DNA from: Picochlorum sp. SENEW3
Taxonomy: Eukaryota
Assembly: GCA_034226945.1 (NCBI GenBank)
Contig: CP120462.1
Location: forward strand, 124,001-188,000
DNA: 64,000 nt
Reading direction: 5' to 3'
The notes beneath the pieces are model-generated. The model did not search any database and was not told the DNA's origin. It saw only the letters and a list, made by a program, of their open reading frames with translations. The number at the start of each line of letters is the position of its first letter. Within the stretch, counting starts at the first letter, position 1. The position numbers were made by a program, and so were the translations under genes. Shown piece after piece: positions 11,501 through 23,324 of this stretch.

Positions 11501-12820
11501 CACTCTTGGGCACTTCAGACCTCAAAGTAGCATCGAAACTTTGTTTTCGTGACTCAGCAGCTTGATCAGTCACTGGAACCATTGGTTGTGGAGCCCCTCC
11601 AGCATCAGTAATTGGAATCATCTGCTGTTGGTTATTATCTGGTCGCTGCTCAGACCTAATAAAATAGGATTGGGACGCCGCAGTTCCACTAGTCGATGGC
11701 TGTGGTGGAGCGACGGCAACGCCATGACCGGGTTGCATCTGACCAGCTGGGGTCGATCCACGCAGAAGCACTGGTGCACCATTACTCATATACTGAGCTT
11801 GAGATGTATTCTGCTGCACTCCCTGAGTTTGGTACACACTTGTTTGCATCATCGGCTGCATGGGTACTTGTCCCTGATACTGATACGTCCCCGGCAGCAC
11901 CTGAGACGAATATGGCATGTTCTGATTCACCACTTGTGTACTCATCATTGGATATCCAGACTGCTGGGGCACACTATATCCAACATTTGAACCACTCTGA
12001 TGCATATACTGCCCATGCGTGCTCATATACTCATTGCCACTCGGCCTTGCAGCATTGCTCACTCCAAAACCAGTGTTCTGCCTCATTTCTCCTGCAACCT
12101 GGTGTGCCATTCTCTGCTGCATTCCCTGTGCAGGGCCTATATGAGACGTATCCTCACGAGGCCTCTTCTTCGCAAGTTTCGCAATCATAGTCTGAAAATT
12201 TCTAGACATCAACGAATGGTCCAAATATTGCTCCTACAACCAAACACCAACACACATTAGAATCCATGCCCTGCCATGGAAGCAGTCAAATAACACACCT
12301 TTGTCTGTGCTCGAGCAAACCATGCGTCTTCAACTCTTCTAGCCAAACCTAACAGAACCCTGTCATCGGCGTTGATATTATTCTTTGATTTGAAGACATT
12401 AACCAAATCAATCACAATTTTCCTTCGCTGTTCAACTGTTATAGTATCTTGCCACCTAGTCACAGCCATGGTCTGGATAACATTGACATCTTCCGCCTTT
12501 TGAGGAGCTGGAGGCTGCTGATTCGCATGTATCGACGTCGGCATATCCTGCCGACTGCCGTCTACACCTGTCGTCTGCACGACAGCTGTACCAGAGCCTG
12601 GTGCAATCGTTTGCTCCATGGATGGAACCATGGTCACCCCAAAGGAGGGTAATTCTCCCATCATTGAGGCAGCATCATGGTCCTCCGGCTGTTCCACCTT
12701 GATCTCTGGCCTCTCCGTCTTCACTTCTATATGTTGAACGGCATCAGAGCAGTGTGGGTTATTCCCAGTCAATTCAGCAGGCCCCTGCTCTTGTTTCACC
12801 TCATGGATCCCAGAATCCAT
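8550..12820 (-). CDS. HAC1: CBP/p300-family histone acetyltransferase (HAC1-like; KIX-like, TAZ, PHD, HAT, ZZ, TAZ; 2 exons)
   Basis: Exons 12820-12299, 12233-8550 (65-nt intron). TAZ (WLLFLRHCAKC), PHD (WVQCDYCEGWVHQIC), HAT (VYLSYLDSVKYF, YIWACPP..GDDYIF), [22 protein letters not shown], ZZ and TAZ2. Confidence 0.95.
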
Positions 12821-13384
12821 GATAAATGTATATGCGCTGTTTCAATCCCTCCAGGCACAAGTCTGTACGCACCGGCGACGCAACGAGTAGTTCACACCAA
12901 AATCGACCTCCGTCTCCGGACCTGAAACCTTCCTACTGCAACTCTACCCTCGCCTAGAGATTATTAAATGAATCCTTTAAAATCAGGGAGAGAAAGCGGC
13001 CAGATATGGACAGAGAACAAAACCACCGTTTGGCCGTGCAAGACCTTGACTTCGTATCTCTACCGTTCCCTATTCGTTTCCTGCATTGATGGACACATGT
13101 ATTAAGAATCTTTCATGTAATAAAACCACCTCATGGACCAACCACACGTTGGCTGTGTGTGGTTCCTTGACTTGGCGTGAGGACCTTCGTACCGTTCTCG
13201 TCGTGGAGGATCATGGCATCTCCCTATTCTCAACTACAACTCGTCAAAAAACTACGATACAATATTCAAGAGATTAGCGGGACAGAGAAGGGGTTGGACG
13301 GAATATGAATACTCTCCCATCGCAGTATGACCTGGAATTTTTTTTTACAGAATTCAGAAAGAGCTCCAACCCATTCTACTTGAA

Positions 13385-16300
13385 TCATGCATGCAATCCA
13401 TGTTGTCGTCGAATTTTGGCCAACTGTCTTTCTAAATCTTCTGCTCGTGCCTGTGCGGCAACGAGTTCTTGGACTTGTTGGGCAGCATCTGTCACTTCCA
13501 TGGCCATTTGATTTCGAACAGTTGCCAAAGTCTCATCTCTGGATTTGATCTGTGTCTTCAGAGATGCCACTTCTTGCGTCAGATGGAGTATTGTATCTTC
13601 TGCGTCTTGAAGTTTTTGTGATAACGTCCTGGCACGAGCCTCTTTGCCCAACGGTCCTGTGCCCTCAACCGATTCCATGTGGTCTTGGGCTCGGGCTTCT
13701 GCATCCTCTAGCTTCTCTTGCAGGTCTTTTACCTTGTGGACAAGATACTTCCGCTCTTCTGCCCATCCGTGATTTGATTGATCTTGTAACTTTTCGTACT
13801 TGTGTTTGGATGTCTCCAACTCCTTCTCTAATGTTTGAATGTGGAGCTGAGATGCCTCCAAATCTTGTGTCAACTCACGAATTTCTGAATCCATCGCCTT
13901 TTGTGATTCCTCCATCTTTTTCTGCAATTCTATGACTGTACCACGCAAAGAAGTCTCCGATTCATCAAGTTCAGATATCTGTCTGGATTTCTCCTTGAGC
14001 TTTGCTTGAGCCATCTGTGCGTCCATGTCAGCAGCAGCAAGTGCAGCTTGCAGGGAATATACTTCCTTTTCCCTCGCTTTCGACGCTTGGTTCATGCAAT
14101 CGTACGCGGTCTGCAACTCCTGGAGTTTCATATTGGTTTCTTCAACCAATCTTGTCTGTTCTATAACGTGTGTACGTGATGCCTCAAGGGCTGTTCTTGT
14201 CTCGGCCAGCATCTCCCCTCGTTCTTCATTTTCCTGTGTGATGCGTTGTGCATCACTCTCCGCTGTCAACATACGATTTTGTAATGTTTGCTTTTCTGAC
14301 ACAAGCATATCTATAGACTCTTGCTGTTCCCCGATCCTGGCATCCTTGAGCTGCAATTCCTTGTTCAGCAGGGATGCTGTCTTCAGCGCCTCCTCAACCC
14401 TTTGCTTTGCTTTTTCGTGCTGGCTTGTGTGTACATCCTTCTCTCTCGCGAATGATTCTTGCATATCATTGATCTTTTTAAGGAGAGTTGCTCGCTCATC
14501 CCATCCTTCAACAAGTGTTTGGAGAATGAGGGGATATGAATCACACCAATCATCTCGTTCCCGTCTCAACTGACTGCATCGTATGGTCAGTGTCTCAACG
14601 ACTGCGTCTAACTCTGCAGCGTGTGTACAAAGTCTTTCATACTCACACTGTTGTGCGGAATTTTTATCTGCAAGCATCTGCAAATTGTCGAGCTGCATTT
14701 CCAATTCTGCTATTCGCCCTGCATTCTCGACATGTGCTATTCTAGTTGGGGAGGGGCTCAGAGGCTCGCGCATCTTCTTTTCAGCCGTCCGTAAAACTTC
14801 CTTTGCTGCAGATGCTTCAGCACGGAGGGTTTGGACTTCCTCCATGGCCTGTTCAGCCACCGTTGACATGGCAAGCAGCTCCTTCCTGAGTTGCTGAAAC
14901 TCCTCCTCTGGAACCATGGCAGGGGAGGCCTCATGATCTTGTGCATGGTCTTCAATATGGCGTCGCAAGCGAATGTTTTCCAATGCAAATTTCTTCACTT
15001 CTGGATGTGCTTCAACCTTTTGTTTCAGCAGAATTATTTCCTCCTGCAAGGCAGCAACCTTGTGACTCTCAGCATGCGTGGCCTGTGATCTCGTAATCCT
15101 ACTCTCTTTCAATCGAAGCATCATTTTTGTCCGCTGTAAATCAGCTTCTTTCGCATCCACGAGTTCTTGTAGAAGAACAAGCTCCTCTTGGATCGACGCA
15201 ACCTTCCTACACATGTCTTCCTCACGCCGTAATGCTGCCACTAATGCCTTTCTAGACCCATCCTCCTCTACTGATTCTTCCTTCAGGCACACGTCACCAG
15301 GAATTTCTTGCTGAATAGCCTGCCCGCCACGTGCTCTTGATAATTCTTCCCTCAAATGGAGAACTTCTTTCTTCAACGATTCAACATCCCCTTCAACAGC
15401 CTGATTCACAACAGCCTTATTCCGTATTCTCTTGACATTATCAGCAAAACGGAGTGTACTGAGCGTCTCTGAAGCGTTAGACACTGATGGACTGATTGTG
15501 GCGAGAAGCACTGTTTTTGAGGTTCCTCCAAGGGCATCTTGGAGCAAGTACGTAAGCTTTGAATCCCTGTATGGTATATGTCGCTGCTTCCCTTGTTGGA
15601 GATCTACAAGACTCATAATCACGTGTCCCAGAGCTGATAGGGACTTGTTAATATTAGAAGCTTCCCTGAGGCGCTCTCCAGCAGCTCCAGATGCCTTTTG
15701 CCTCTCTGATCCTGCCAGATCAACAAGGTGCAACCTGGAACGGAGAATGACTGGTGCTACATGCCCTGGCTCCTCAATCGTCTGTTCCACCGTAGCGGTG
15801 AATACAGAATGTGATCGAGACGATCGATCGTTTGCTAGAGTTTCAGCAACCTTTCTATTAGACATACCCAGGCAAAGAAGCTCTTCGACATCCTCCACTG
15901 AAGACACAGCATGCTGTTGAACACCTTCCACATAGACTCCCTTGACAGGATCATCCCGAATGCTCAGGCCTACACCCTCTGGGTACGTTAAATCGGTAAT
16001 AGATTCGTTATAAATCTCAATAAATGAGCAGGCAACCTTGTATCGCATGCTTCCACCCTCGCGAGCCTTCTCCTGGCGCTGCACCACACAACCAATCATC
16101 ATACATGCATCATCGCGACAGCACACCCACAAAAGAAACGACACATACCCGACGCTCCATTTTTCGAAACAGATCTTCAAAAGACCTCTGAATCACTCCT
16201 CTATCAGGGTCATCACGCGACCTGACAACTGATGCACGCTCAGGAACACCCATCATAGAATACGTCTTTCCAGAACCAGTTTGCCCGTACGCCAACAAGC

Positions 16301-16844
16301 AACCATGAAACCCTTTCAAACAATTATCAATAACAGAGTTTCCTGCACTCTCGTACACGTCTGTCTGGCTCATCTTCTCATCCAGCACTGTGTCAAAAGC
16401 AAACGAATACCGCTCTCCCAACCCACTCTGTAAATGAATAGTTCCTTCACGAGATTCCACTGCTCCAGTTCGTCGATCCTTTTGACTCGTTGGACGAATT
16501 CTCACAACCACCTGTATCGACGAATCGTCCCGTTGAGAGCCACCATTCGCCTCTGAAACAACCTTACCTCGTGACGCAGGAATCAACTCTCCCTCGTGCT
16601 CCTGAACCACACACCGCATGGCTCCACTCTTCTGTGTCGACTGCTGTCGACTCGGACTCTTCACCCCATTTGCCGATTTCGGAATCCTAGATGGGGAAAA
16701 TGGGAACAACTTTCTAACCGTCCCTCGCCCATGCCCCTCTTCGGCCTTCGCAGGGGTCTTCTTCTTCGAAGATCCATGCATTTTACCAAACATATTCCCT
16801 AAAAACGTGTGCTTCTTCGCATCACTGTGTGCGGAACCCCCCAT
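13385..16844 (-). CDS. Kinesin-12 family motor protein (N-terminal motor, long coiled-coil tail; 2 exons)
   Basis: Exons 16844-16149, 16078-13385. P-loop AYGQTGSGKTYSM, NDRSSRSHSVF, LVDLAGSERQK, HIPYRDSKLTYLLQDALGG. PEVKKFALENIRL resembles plant kinesin-12. Confidence 0.9.
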
Positions 16845-17122
16845 GGCGGGAACGATCGCAAGAGCGGTTGACACCCGATACACGCCCTATACGCCTATGC
16901 GTTGGATAATACTACAATTTGTTCATATAATACAAATACATGTATCATATTACTTGTTATAGACGACTGCAGAAGTATCAGGCCCTTGTATACCGGTACT
17001 TTCCGAGCCCTCGATCGAGGGCGCCATGCATGGCTTTACAGCCGCTCAATGCCCAGAAAAAAAGACTGCCCTATCTATCTATCTATCGATTGTTACACAA
17101 TAAAAACCTATTACTATCTGTA

Positions 17123-17449
17123 TTACACTCTGCTAGGATAGAGCATCACACGGATCTTGCTTCCAATAGCCTGTGGTGGCAAGTTCTTTCTGAACTTGGC
17201 CCTGACGACACCTACACTGCCATGGGCACGGGTGACCTTGCCCCAGACTACGCGATACAAGCTACCCTTCTTCATGGTCTTTGCCTTGTAAATATATGCC
17301 AATCTCTTTCCGAGGTAGAAGTCAGTCTCCCCCTTGGACTCCACGCCAGCAATCTTGATCAGAGCAGTGTGGTTGTACTGGTTGGTCTTTCCACGCTTGT
17401 AGCCCAGGAACTGTCCTGTGACGTAAAGTCTAACACGCTCTCCTCCCAT
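17123..17449 (-). CDS. RPL35A: 60S ribosomal protein L35a (eL33)
   Basis: [21 protein letters not shown]...[13 protein letters not shown]...[24 protein letters not shown]...RVMLYPSRV. 108 aa from ATG 17449. Confidence 0.96.
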   Translation of the reverse strand: MGGERVRLYVTGQFLGYKRGKTNQYNHTALIKIAGVESKGETDFYLGKRLAYIYKAKTMKKGSLYRVVWGKVTRAHGSVGVVRAKFRKNLPPQAIGSKIRVMLYPSRV

Positions 17450-17464
17450 TGTGGCGATAAATAT

Positions 17465-18007
17465 CTGCAGCAAATGATGAACAAGATCGTCAGATGTATC
17501 GCTCAAAGAGAAAGATGAAGAAGAAGCAAAAGAGAAGAGAGGAGGATATATGTATATAAAACAGACGTCGATCGAGAGGTGCATCTTCCCATCCCGTGGT
17601 GCATGCGATCGGGCAGTTAGCGTCGCTGTGTATGTCCCTTGTGCAAGAACGGCGCACCAGCATGCCGCAGGTTCGCAATATCTGCACGGAATGCCCTTCC
17701 AAAATATGCAACATGGTAATCATGCCCATCATCGTGATCCATGTCCCTGGATTCCGACGAGAGAAACATGTCCAGTGCAGTGCCGCCGCTTCCATGATTG
17801 AATCCTTCGGCGTTCTTTGCTATGTCGTGGTTTTTCGAAGCAATTATTGGATGTCAATGGAATCTATATACTTCTCTTTAATCTAATCACTGCTCTGAAG
17901 ATACTATACAAGCACCACCACGGCGCCGCACCACTGGCGTCAATGGGACAAACAGCACCTCGTCTTCGAGCGTCGTCTCCTTCCTTGAGTATCAGAATGA
18001 ATCGTAC
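17465..18007 (-). other. Putative 543-nt 5'-UTR intron of RPL35A
   Basis: Minus-strand donor aag|GTACGA at 18007, pyrimidine tract and CTGAC branch-like site, acceptor TTGCTGCAG ending at 17465, 15 nt before the ATG. Confidence 0.5.
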
Positions 18008-18141
18008 CTTTCTACTAGTAAAATACAAATTAATGATTGATGAATGTTTTAGGAGGGAGGGAGGAGAAGGATGTATGCCTGCAAACGTCGGTGGGAATGG
18101 GTCGCCTACTGGAATCTCGGTCAGGAGGTGCCTTGGATGGG

Positions 18142-18195
18142 CGACGGCATGCTATGCCGTCGGGTCCCTCGCGAGGGGTGACCAAGCTTGGTCAC
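18142..18195. repeat. Three near-abutting inverted repeats/palindromes
   Basis: CGACGGCAT-gct-ATGCCGTCG (18142-18162), CCCTCGCGAGGG (18166-18177), GTGACCAAGCTTGGTCAC (18178-18195). Confidence 0.9.
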
Positions 18196-18279
18196 GATGT
18201 GTTATAATACAAAGAACCGTGATGATGGCGATACCGCCACCGGCAACTGCGTTATGACAGTGTTGTTTGTTACAAAAAA

Positions 18280-19443
18280 TCATGAATGAAGCATGTCTGG
18301 GTGTGACCCATTGACCAAAATCTTGTCTAAAAAGTTGCAAATGACAGTCTCGCTGCTGGGTAATTTTTCCACGCCTGGATAGTAGTTGATGTCTATCAAA
18401 TGAACAAGTCCTGTGGCAGTGTTTTCCTCTTCCTGTTTCATACGCAACATACCGTCCATACCAGGTATTGGTTGGAGTGGTACGATGATGTCAAAATTGA
18501 ACAGGGTCAGACCAGTTTCTTTCTGGACAAACTTTGCTAGCCCAGTAAAGACCCACTCGGGAGGCTTGGGGACGCCGTGCCCCTGCGGTGCAAGGTCCTC
18601 ATTGCCCCACGAGCTGGTCCTAGGATATGCTGAAACCCTATGAATCATCTGAATCCCGTGCTCACACGTGCTGCCAGCACTCAGAGCCTGCTGATCCAAG
18701 TGCAATGATGGCCTCGTGACAATAACATGCTGATCTCCCAGCACATAGACCTTGAATAAACACTCTCCATGATTCACATATTGTTCCAGTAATACTGGAG
18801 CTTTCATCCTGGTCGCATCCTTCGATACTCTCATCTCGTTGTTTTCCTGATTGCTGGGGCACAGGAGTTGCTCCAACCCTTGGTTTGACCAAATGACTGC
18901 TATATCGTGAGATCCCGGGCGCCCATCCGCCCATAACGATTTCGCTATCACCGGATACGTCAATCCGTGAGATTCTATCAGTCCAACAGCATCTGTGAAA
19001 CTTCTATCCTCATCCAAGACGACGTGGACAGGCACCTCGCACAGAACTTTTGCAGGCTCGCCAGTACCTCGTTCCGGAGGCGACAGAATCACATGACCCC
19101 TATTGGGAATCACGTTCAACATCGAGTTTCTATTTCGAAGAAGCATTGTCTTCTTTGGTGGATCACACAGACGAACCTTGGGATGCTGTTTCACGTACGC
19201 CTCCAGTTGACGTTCAAAGTCTGGACGACGGATCTTTTGCAGGATGACATCAAAAGGCCCTTGCTCTTCGAGGGGCAACGTCTCATCTATCACAACTATT
19301 TCTATACCTCTAGATTTAGCACATTCGATGAGCTCGTCTCGAATATGCTTCCGGGCTTTTTCCTTTTTCAATGCAAACCCGACTCTGAAAGGGGTGGTTC
19401 TATCAGCACCACCCTCTTCTCTGTCATACTGCTCCATATCCAT
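18280..19443 (-). CDS. ITPK: Inositol-tetrakisphosphate 1-kinase (ATP-grasp)
   Basis: RVGFALKKEK, PLEEQGPFDVILQK, YPVIAKSLWADG..GSHDIA, LEQYVNHGECLFKVYVLG, LFNFDII, IDINYYPG. First ATG at 19443. Confidence 0.92.
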   Translation of the reverse strand: MDMEQYDREEGGADRTTPFRVGFALKKEKARKHIRDELIECAKSRGIEIVVIDETLPLEEQGPFDVILQKIRRPDFERQLEAYVKQHPKVRLCDPPKKTMLLRNRNSMLNVIPNRGHVILSPPERGTGEPAKVLCEVPVHVVLDEDRSFTDAVGLIESHGLTYPVIAKSLWADGRPGSHDIAVIWSNQGLEQLLCPSNQENNEMRVSKDATRMKAPVLLEQYVNHGECLFKVYVLGDQHVIVTRPSLHLDQQALSAGSTCEHGIQMIHRVSAYPRTSSWGNEDLAPQGHGVPKPPEWVFTGLAKFVQKETGLTLFNFDIIVPLQPIPGMDGMLRMKQEEENTATGLVHLIDINYYPGVEKLPSSETVICNFLDKILVNGSHPDMLHS

Positions 19444-19900
19444 ACCCGACCATGTATAACTTTTATATTTTACGAGTACGCAGAGCGTGTGGTGGGTCTG
19501 TTGAGCTGGCACTTGGCACGGGACTCTCTTTTTTAAAATGCATTCGGTCAATCTGCACCCTGGACCGGTAGGTTGGATGTGTCTGATGCTGAAGTATTAC
19601 TAATTCCGATTTCTGTGCGTCGGCGGAATAAAGAATACGTTGCAGTGTTCTTTTTTTTTACGACATGCATGGCAGCCTATATTGTATTGGACAGCGTCGA
19701 CCCTTCCTACGAGTATGAAAAATCTAACATAAGAGAAGAAGAATTGAACAGTGGGTTGTTATTGCTGAATCCACGTATTGCCCGAATACCTCTTTGTGTT
19801 CTGTGGCATGTGACCTTTTTCATTGACAAATACAGTTGACTGCCCAGTATTGAATTGAAATAGTAATAGCAGTATACAATAATAATGTTGTATCCATGAC

Positions 19901-20977
19901 ATGGATGATACATCGTACATTTCTCGTGTATTGGATGGAGAGGAAGTGACACTGGGTAGGTGGAGGGTTGCTAGGCCTTTGAGGCGTTCTAGGAATCGTC
20001 TACATAGTCATCGCCATGATGGACGGGATGATTCAGATGGTCGTCGAGGGCAGAGACGACACCCCGCTTCTAGAGGCAGTAGTAGACGAAGGAGAGATCC
20101 AGAGGTGCCCAATAGTCGAGAAAGGAACACTCCGCAGAGAGGTGGGAGGCGACATGATGTGTTGAGGGAGTGGGAGCAGCAAAGGGGGGTTGTTACTTTT
20201 GAAGAAAACCCCCTTCTTCAGAATGAAGAGTTTCAATCGTTTCTCACTGTTGTGAGGTCCCAATGTTTGATGATGTTTGGTGACACTAGGGAATATGCAT
20301 GCTGTCTGGACGTTTTGCGTCCTGCTCAGCTTGCGAGATCTACAATGGACGTGACAAATTTAAAACAACATCTGTATCGGCGAGCAACAGATGTGGCAGC
20401 GTTGTCTTGGTTGCTTCTAACGCCAGGCTTTACTGGGTTTCTGCCAAGAGAATGGACCATTGATATGGCTCCTGAGGGAGGGTTTGAATCTACAGGGCAT
20501 CTAGCTGCGTGGTTTGTGTCGCTTGTAATTTTGCTAAAGAGTTTGGAGGAAGTTGACGGAGGTCGTTGTATTCGACGGGTGACCATCAGGATTCAATTGG
20601 ATGTGCATGATCGGCATCTACACGTCATGTCGCAGGGGTTCGAACATGTATCTATTGCTTTGAAGCAGATGGCTCAGGCAGAGGAGCCGCTGCTCATATC
20701 CTTTGAATGGGTCAGGCTTGGTAGTGAGCCATTGAGTGATGCTGCATGCAGCCTGCGTGATGTGTTCTCAGCACGTGTGCTACAAGGGGTGACAGAGTAC
20801 AAACAGGTGACGGATGGACAGAAACTCGCCTTCCTTATGGGGCTTCATGCCCGGGTAGGAAGGCGATCTTTAGTACAGGCATTAAGTCAAGATGTCATAG
20901 AAAAGATATTTTCAACGTATGAGGACAATGGCCTCATGGTGGAATTTTTCAGTCAGAGTAATAAAACATCATCATGA
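19901..20977 (+). CDS. Hypothetical protein with Arg-rich N-terminus and C-terminal LAFLMGLHxRxG motif
   Basis: 358-aa ATG-initiated ORF filling the gap between neighbouring genes. No confident family. Confidence 0.7.
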   Translation: MDDTSYISRVLDGEEVTLGRWRVARPLRRSRNRLHSHRHDGRDDSDGRRGQRRHPASRGSSRRRRDPEVPNSRERNTPQRGGRRHDVLREWEQQRGVVTFEENPLLQNEEFQSFLTVVRSQCLMMFGDTREYACCLDVLRPAQLARSTMDVTNLKQHLYRRATDVAALSWLLLTPGFTGFLPREWTIDMAPEGGFESTGHLAAWFVSLVILLKSLEEVDGGRCIRRVTIRIQLDVHDRHLHVMSQGFEHVSIALKQMAQAEEPLLISFEWVRLGSEPLSDAACSLRDVFSARVLQGVTEYKQVTDGQKLAFLMGLHARVGRRSLVQALSQDVIEKIFSTYEDNGLMVEFFSQSNKTSS

Positions 20978-20993
20978 TATCACTTTGTCAATA

Positions 20994-23324
20994 TCATATT
21001 GCTTTCATTTTTCGCAATTCCCGCTTTACTTTTCCAACCTCTCGCTGTAGATCGTCAAGTCGATTTTCCACAAGACGTCGCCGTCGTCGCTGTGCTACTG
21101 TTCTCCCAGCAGATGTTGCAGGCATGTGTGACAATTCCATGTCCAGCTTTTCCTTTTCCATATTGAGCTCCAAGAGCTGTTTGTCGAGTTCAGCAGTTCG
21201 TTTCAATTTCATTTCTTTGGATGTGTCTTCTGATGGCTGCTGTTGTTGACGATCAGGTGGAGGAGGCACTGTTGTGTTTGATGCTGTCAATGGTTTTCGA
21301 TGATCTCCGACATTCTTCTTATCGGTTGCAAGATCGCCTTGCGCTGGATCCACATGCGCGTCGTCTTTATTGGAAGTCACCGAGAGATGTTTCATGTGCT
21401 CTGCCATGTCATCCTCCGTACCAGGTACCTTGAATGCCTGATCGTCCCCTGCCTGCTGATGAAGTGCATCCCACACAAGTTCCTCATTCTGCTTTGCTGA
21501 CGAATCTGCTGACATGATTGTGTGAAGAATCGATGTGAGCTGCCTCGTATGATGTTCCATACTTGCTTTCTCTCGTATTAATCTCGTATTTTCGCGAGAT
21601 AAATTCTGTATTTCTTCATGCAATCTGTCAAATGTGGACGACCGCATGTGCATGGATGACTTTTGCATCTGCAATTCTTGCACGGCTTCGCTCGCCTTCT
21701 TCTCGGCAATTTTGACTCGTGAATACAGGAGAGCAAGCTGATTTGCTAAGGAAGTAGACGTGTTTTCGACCACCTCTTTTTGTCGCAATGCATCAGATAG
21801 CTGTCCCTCCAAGTCAGTCTTTATACTCAGTACGTGCTGGTTGTGCTGCTGAGTCAGATTGTCGATCATCGCTGCATGTCTCTTTTCTAACTTGGACATC
21901 TCTTGCTCATGTATCCGCAAAGAAACCATGGGATCCTGTAGGTGAGACTCTAAAGACTGTTTCTTCAACCTCTCAAGCTCATCCTCAGGGAACAATGCCT
22001 TGGAGATTCCCAGTTTTGCATGGGATGTTTCATCGTTTTGCAACCCTCCATTATCTACTTGAACTCGAACTACGACATTGTTAGAGTCTTCAACAGTATC
22101 ACGACGGTCAATATGGTGAGGCACATCCTCTGTCATGCAATTCTTAGGAGGATCTTGATGAACAATTTTTGTGGCAGAGGGCACTGGGGGCTGTACAGGA
22201 GAGGCCGGTGCTACTTTTTTGATACTCGACATTCTCTGAACCTCTCTTGGAGAAGCTGTTATTCTGGGTGACATGTATGAGTCCACTCGTGCAGCTCCAC
22301 TACTCAATGTAGAACCAGCAATGGTGGCTTCCAGTCTCTGATCTCTTCTTGAATCATCAGGATTATTATTGTTAAATGACACTTCACATTCTTGCACTTG
22401 CTCCATTTTCTCTACATCTCTCATGGCTGTTGCAAACTCTTCGCCCAAAAGACCGCCGCACGATAGCCCTGGGCTCGTCACCATCAATGGAGAAAGACAC
22501 TTTTCCTGAGAGATGGACCTGTGATGACCACCAGGCTGATCATATTTCATGCCTCGAACAGATAGCGCAGGCGGTCTCTGCAATTTATACACCGCGTCTT
22601 TCACATCTTCCCCAAAGTCCACATTGGGTTTGGCCATCGGGGGGAGGACCATTCGTGGACCTGCTTGGTGTCGTATTGGAGATGGTGTTCCATGGGGTGA
22701 TGATGTTGAAGAAAACAGCTGTCCTAGAAATTTTGGCACAAATTTTCGACCTTTCTTCTTGCCCTTTCGCTTCCGCCCCTTTTTTCTGACCGGCGTCTTC
22801 CGTATCGCCTCCTCTTCCATACCATGGCTTTTTGAATTCTGGCACTGCTCCTCCCCTTGATGCATTATTTCCTTCATGTCGTTTGCTCTTTGAATCGTAT
22901 GTCGGCGTATCACATCTTCAACTTTTGCCTCTCTTTCACGACTTTGATGTCGTGAGACGGTCCCATGAGAGGGCATCGGGAAATCACGTTTCCCAGAGGA
23001 CACACCTGGAGTCTCAGCTGGAGGGCTTTGGATTCGCATCCAGGACTCTTGCTCTCCCTCAACAACGGGTTCGACGTCATGATGAATTTCTATAGAACTT
23101 CCTTCTTCCTCTGGTTCCATTACCGTGCGGCTTTTGCCAGTCGTTGGTTGATCCGACTGACAGGTGAAAAACGACTCCTCAACGGCATTGTCATCTTGCG
23201 TCCAACTGCACCCTGCCTCCATCGAACCATCTCTTTCCTCCTTTCTGCGATTTATTTTCTTTGCTGATAATATACGCTCCCTTTCCACCGCATCCTGTTC
23301 GTTATCTTTTACCATGAGCACCAT
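20994..23324 (-). CDS. Disordered/coiled-coil protein with MPHOSPH9-like C-terminal domain
   Basis: 776-aa ORF. C-terminal EKEKLDMELSHMP...GRT.AQR....LVENRLDDLQREVGKVKRELRKM resembles the MPHOSPH9 C-terminus as I recall it. Confidence 0.7.
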   Translation of the reverse strand: MVLMVKDNEQDAVERERILSAKKINRRKEERDGSMEAGCSWTQDDNAVEESFFTCQSDQPTTGKSRTVMEPEEEGSSIEIHHDVEPVVEGEQESWMRIQSPPAETPGVSSGKRDFPMPSHGTVSRHQSREREAKVEDVIRRHTIQRANDMKEIMHQGEEQCQNSKSHGMEEEAIRKTPVRKKGRKRKGKKKGRKFVPKFLGQLFSSTSSPHGTPSPIRHQAGPRMVLPPMAKPNVDFGEDVKDAVYKLQRPPALSVRGMKYDQPGGHHRSISQEKCLSPLMVTSPGLSCGGLLGEEFATAMRDVEKMEQVQECEVSFNNNNPDDSRRDQRLEATIAGSTLSSGAARVDSYMSPRITASPREVQRMSSIKKVAPASPVQPPVPSATKIVHQDPPKNCMTEDVPHHIDRRDTVEDSNNVVVRVQVDNGGLQNDETSHAKLGISKALFPEDELERLKKQSLESHLQDPMVSLRIHEQEMSKLEKRHAAMIDNLTQQHNQHVLSIKTDLEGQLSDALRQKEVVENTSTSLANQLALLYSRVKIAEKKASEAVQELQMQKSSMHMRSSTFDRLHEEIQNLSRENTRLIREKASMEHHTRQLTSILHTIMSADSSAKQNEELVWDALHQQAGDDQAFKVPGTEDDMAEHMKHLSVTSNKDDAHVDPAQGDLATDKKNVGDHRKPLTASNTTVPPPPDRQQQQPSEDTSKEMKLKRTAELDKQLLELNMEKEKLDMELSHMPATSAGRTVAQRRRRRLVENRLDDLQREVGKVKRELRKMKAI

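Noticed and set aside
8550..12820. CBP/p300 homolog lacking a bromodomain
   Set aside because: This is the normal architecture for green-lineage HAC proteins.
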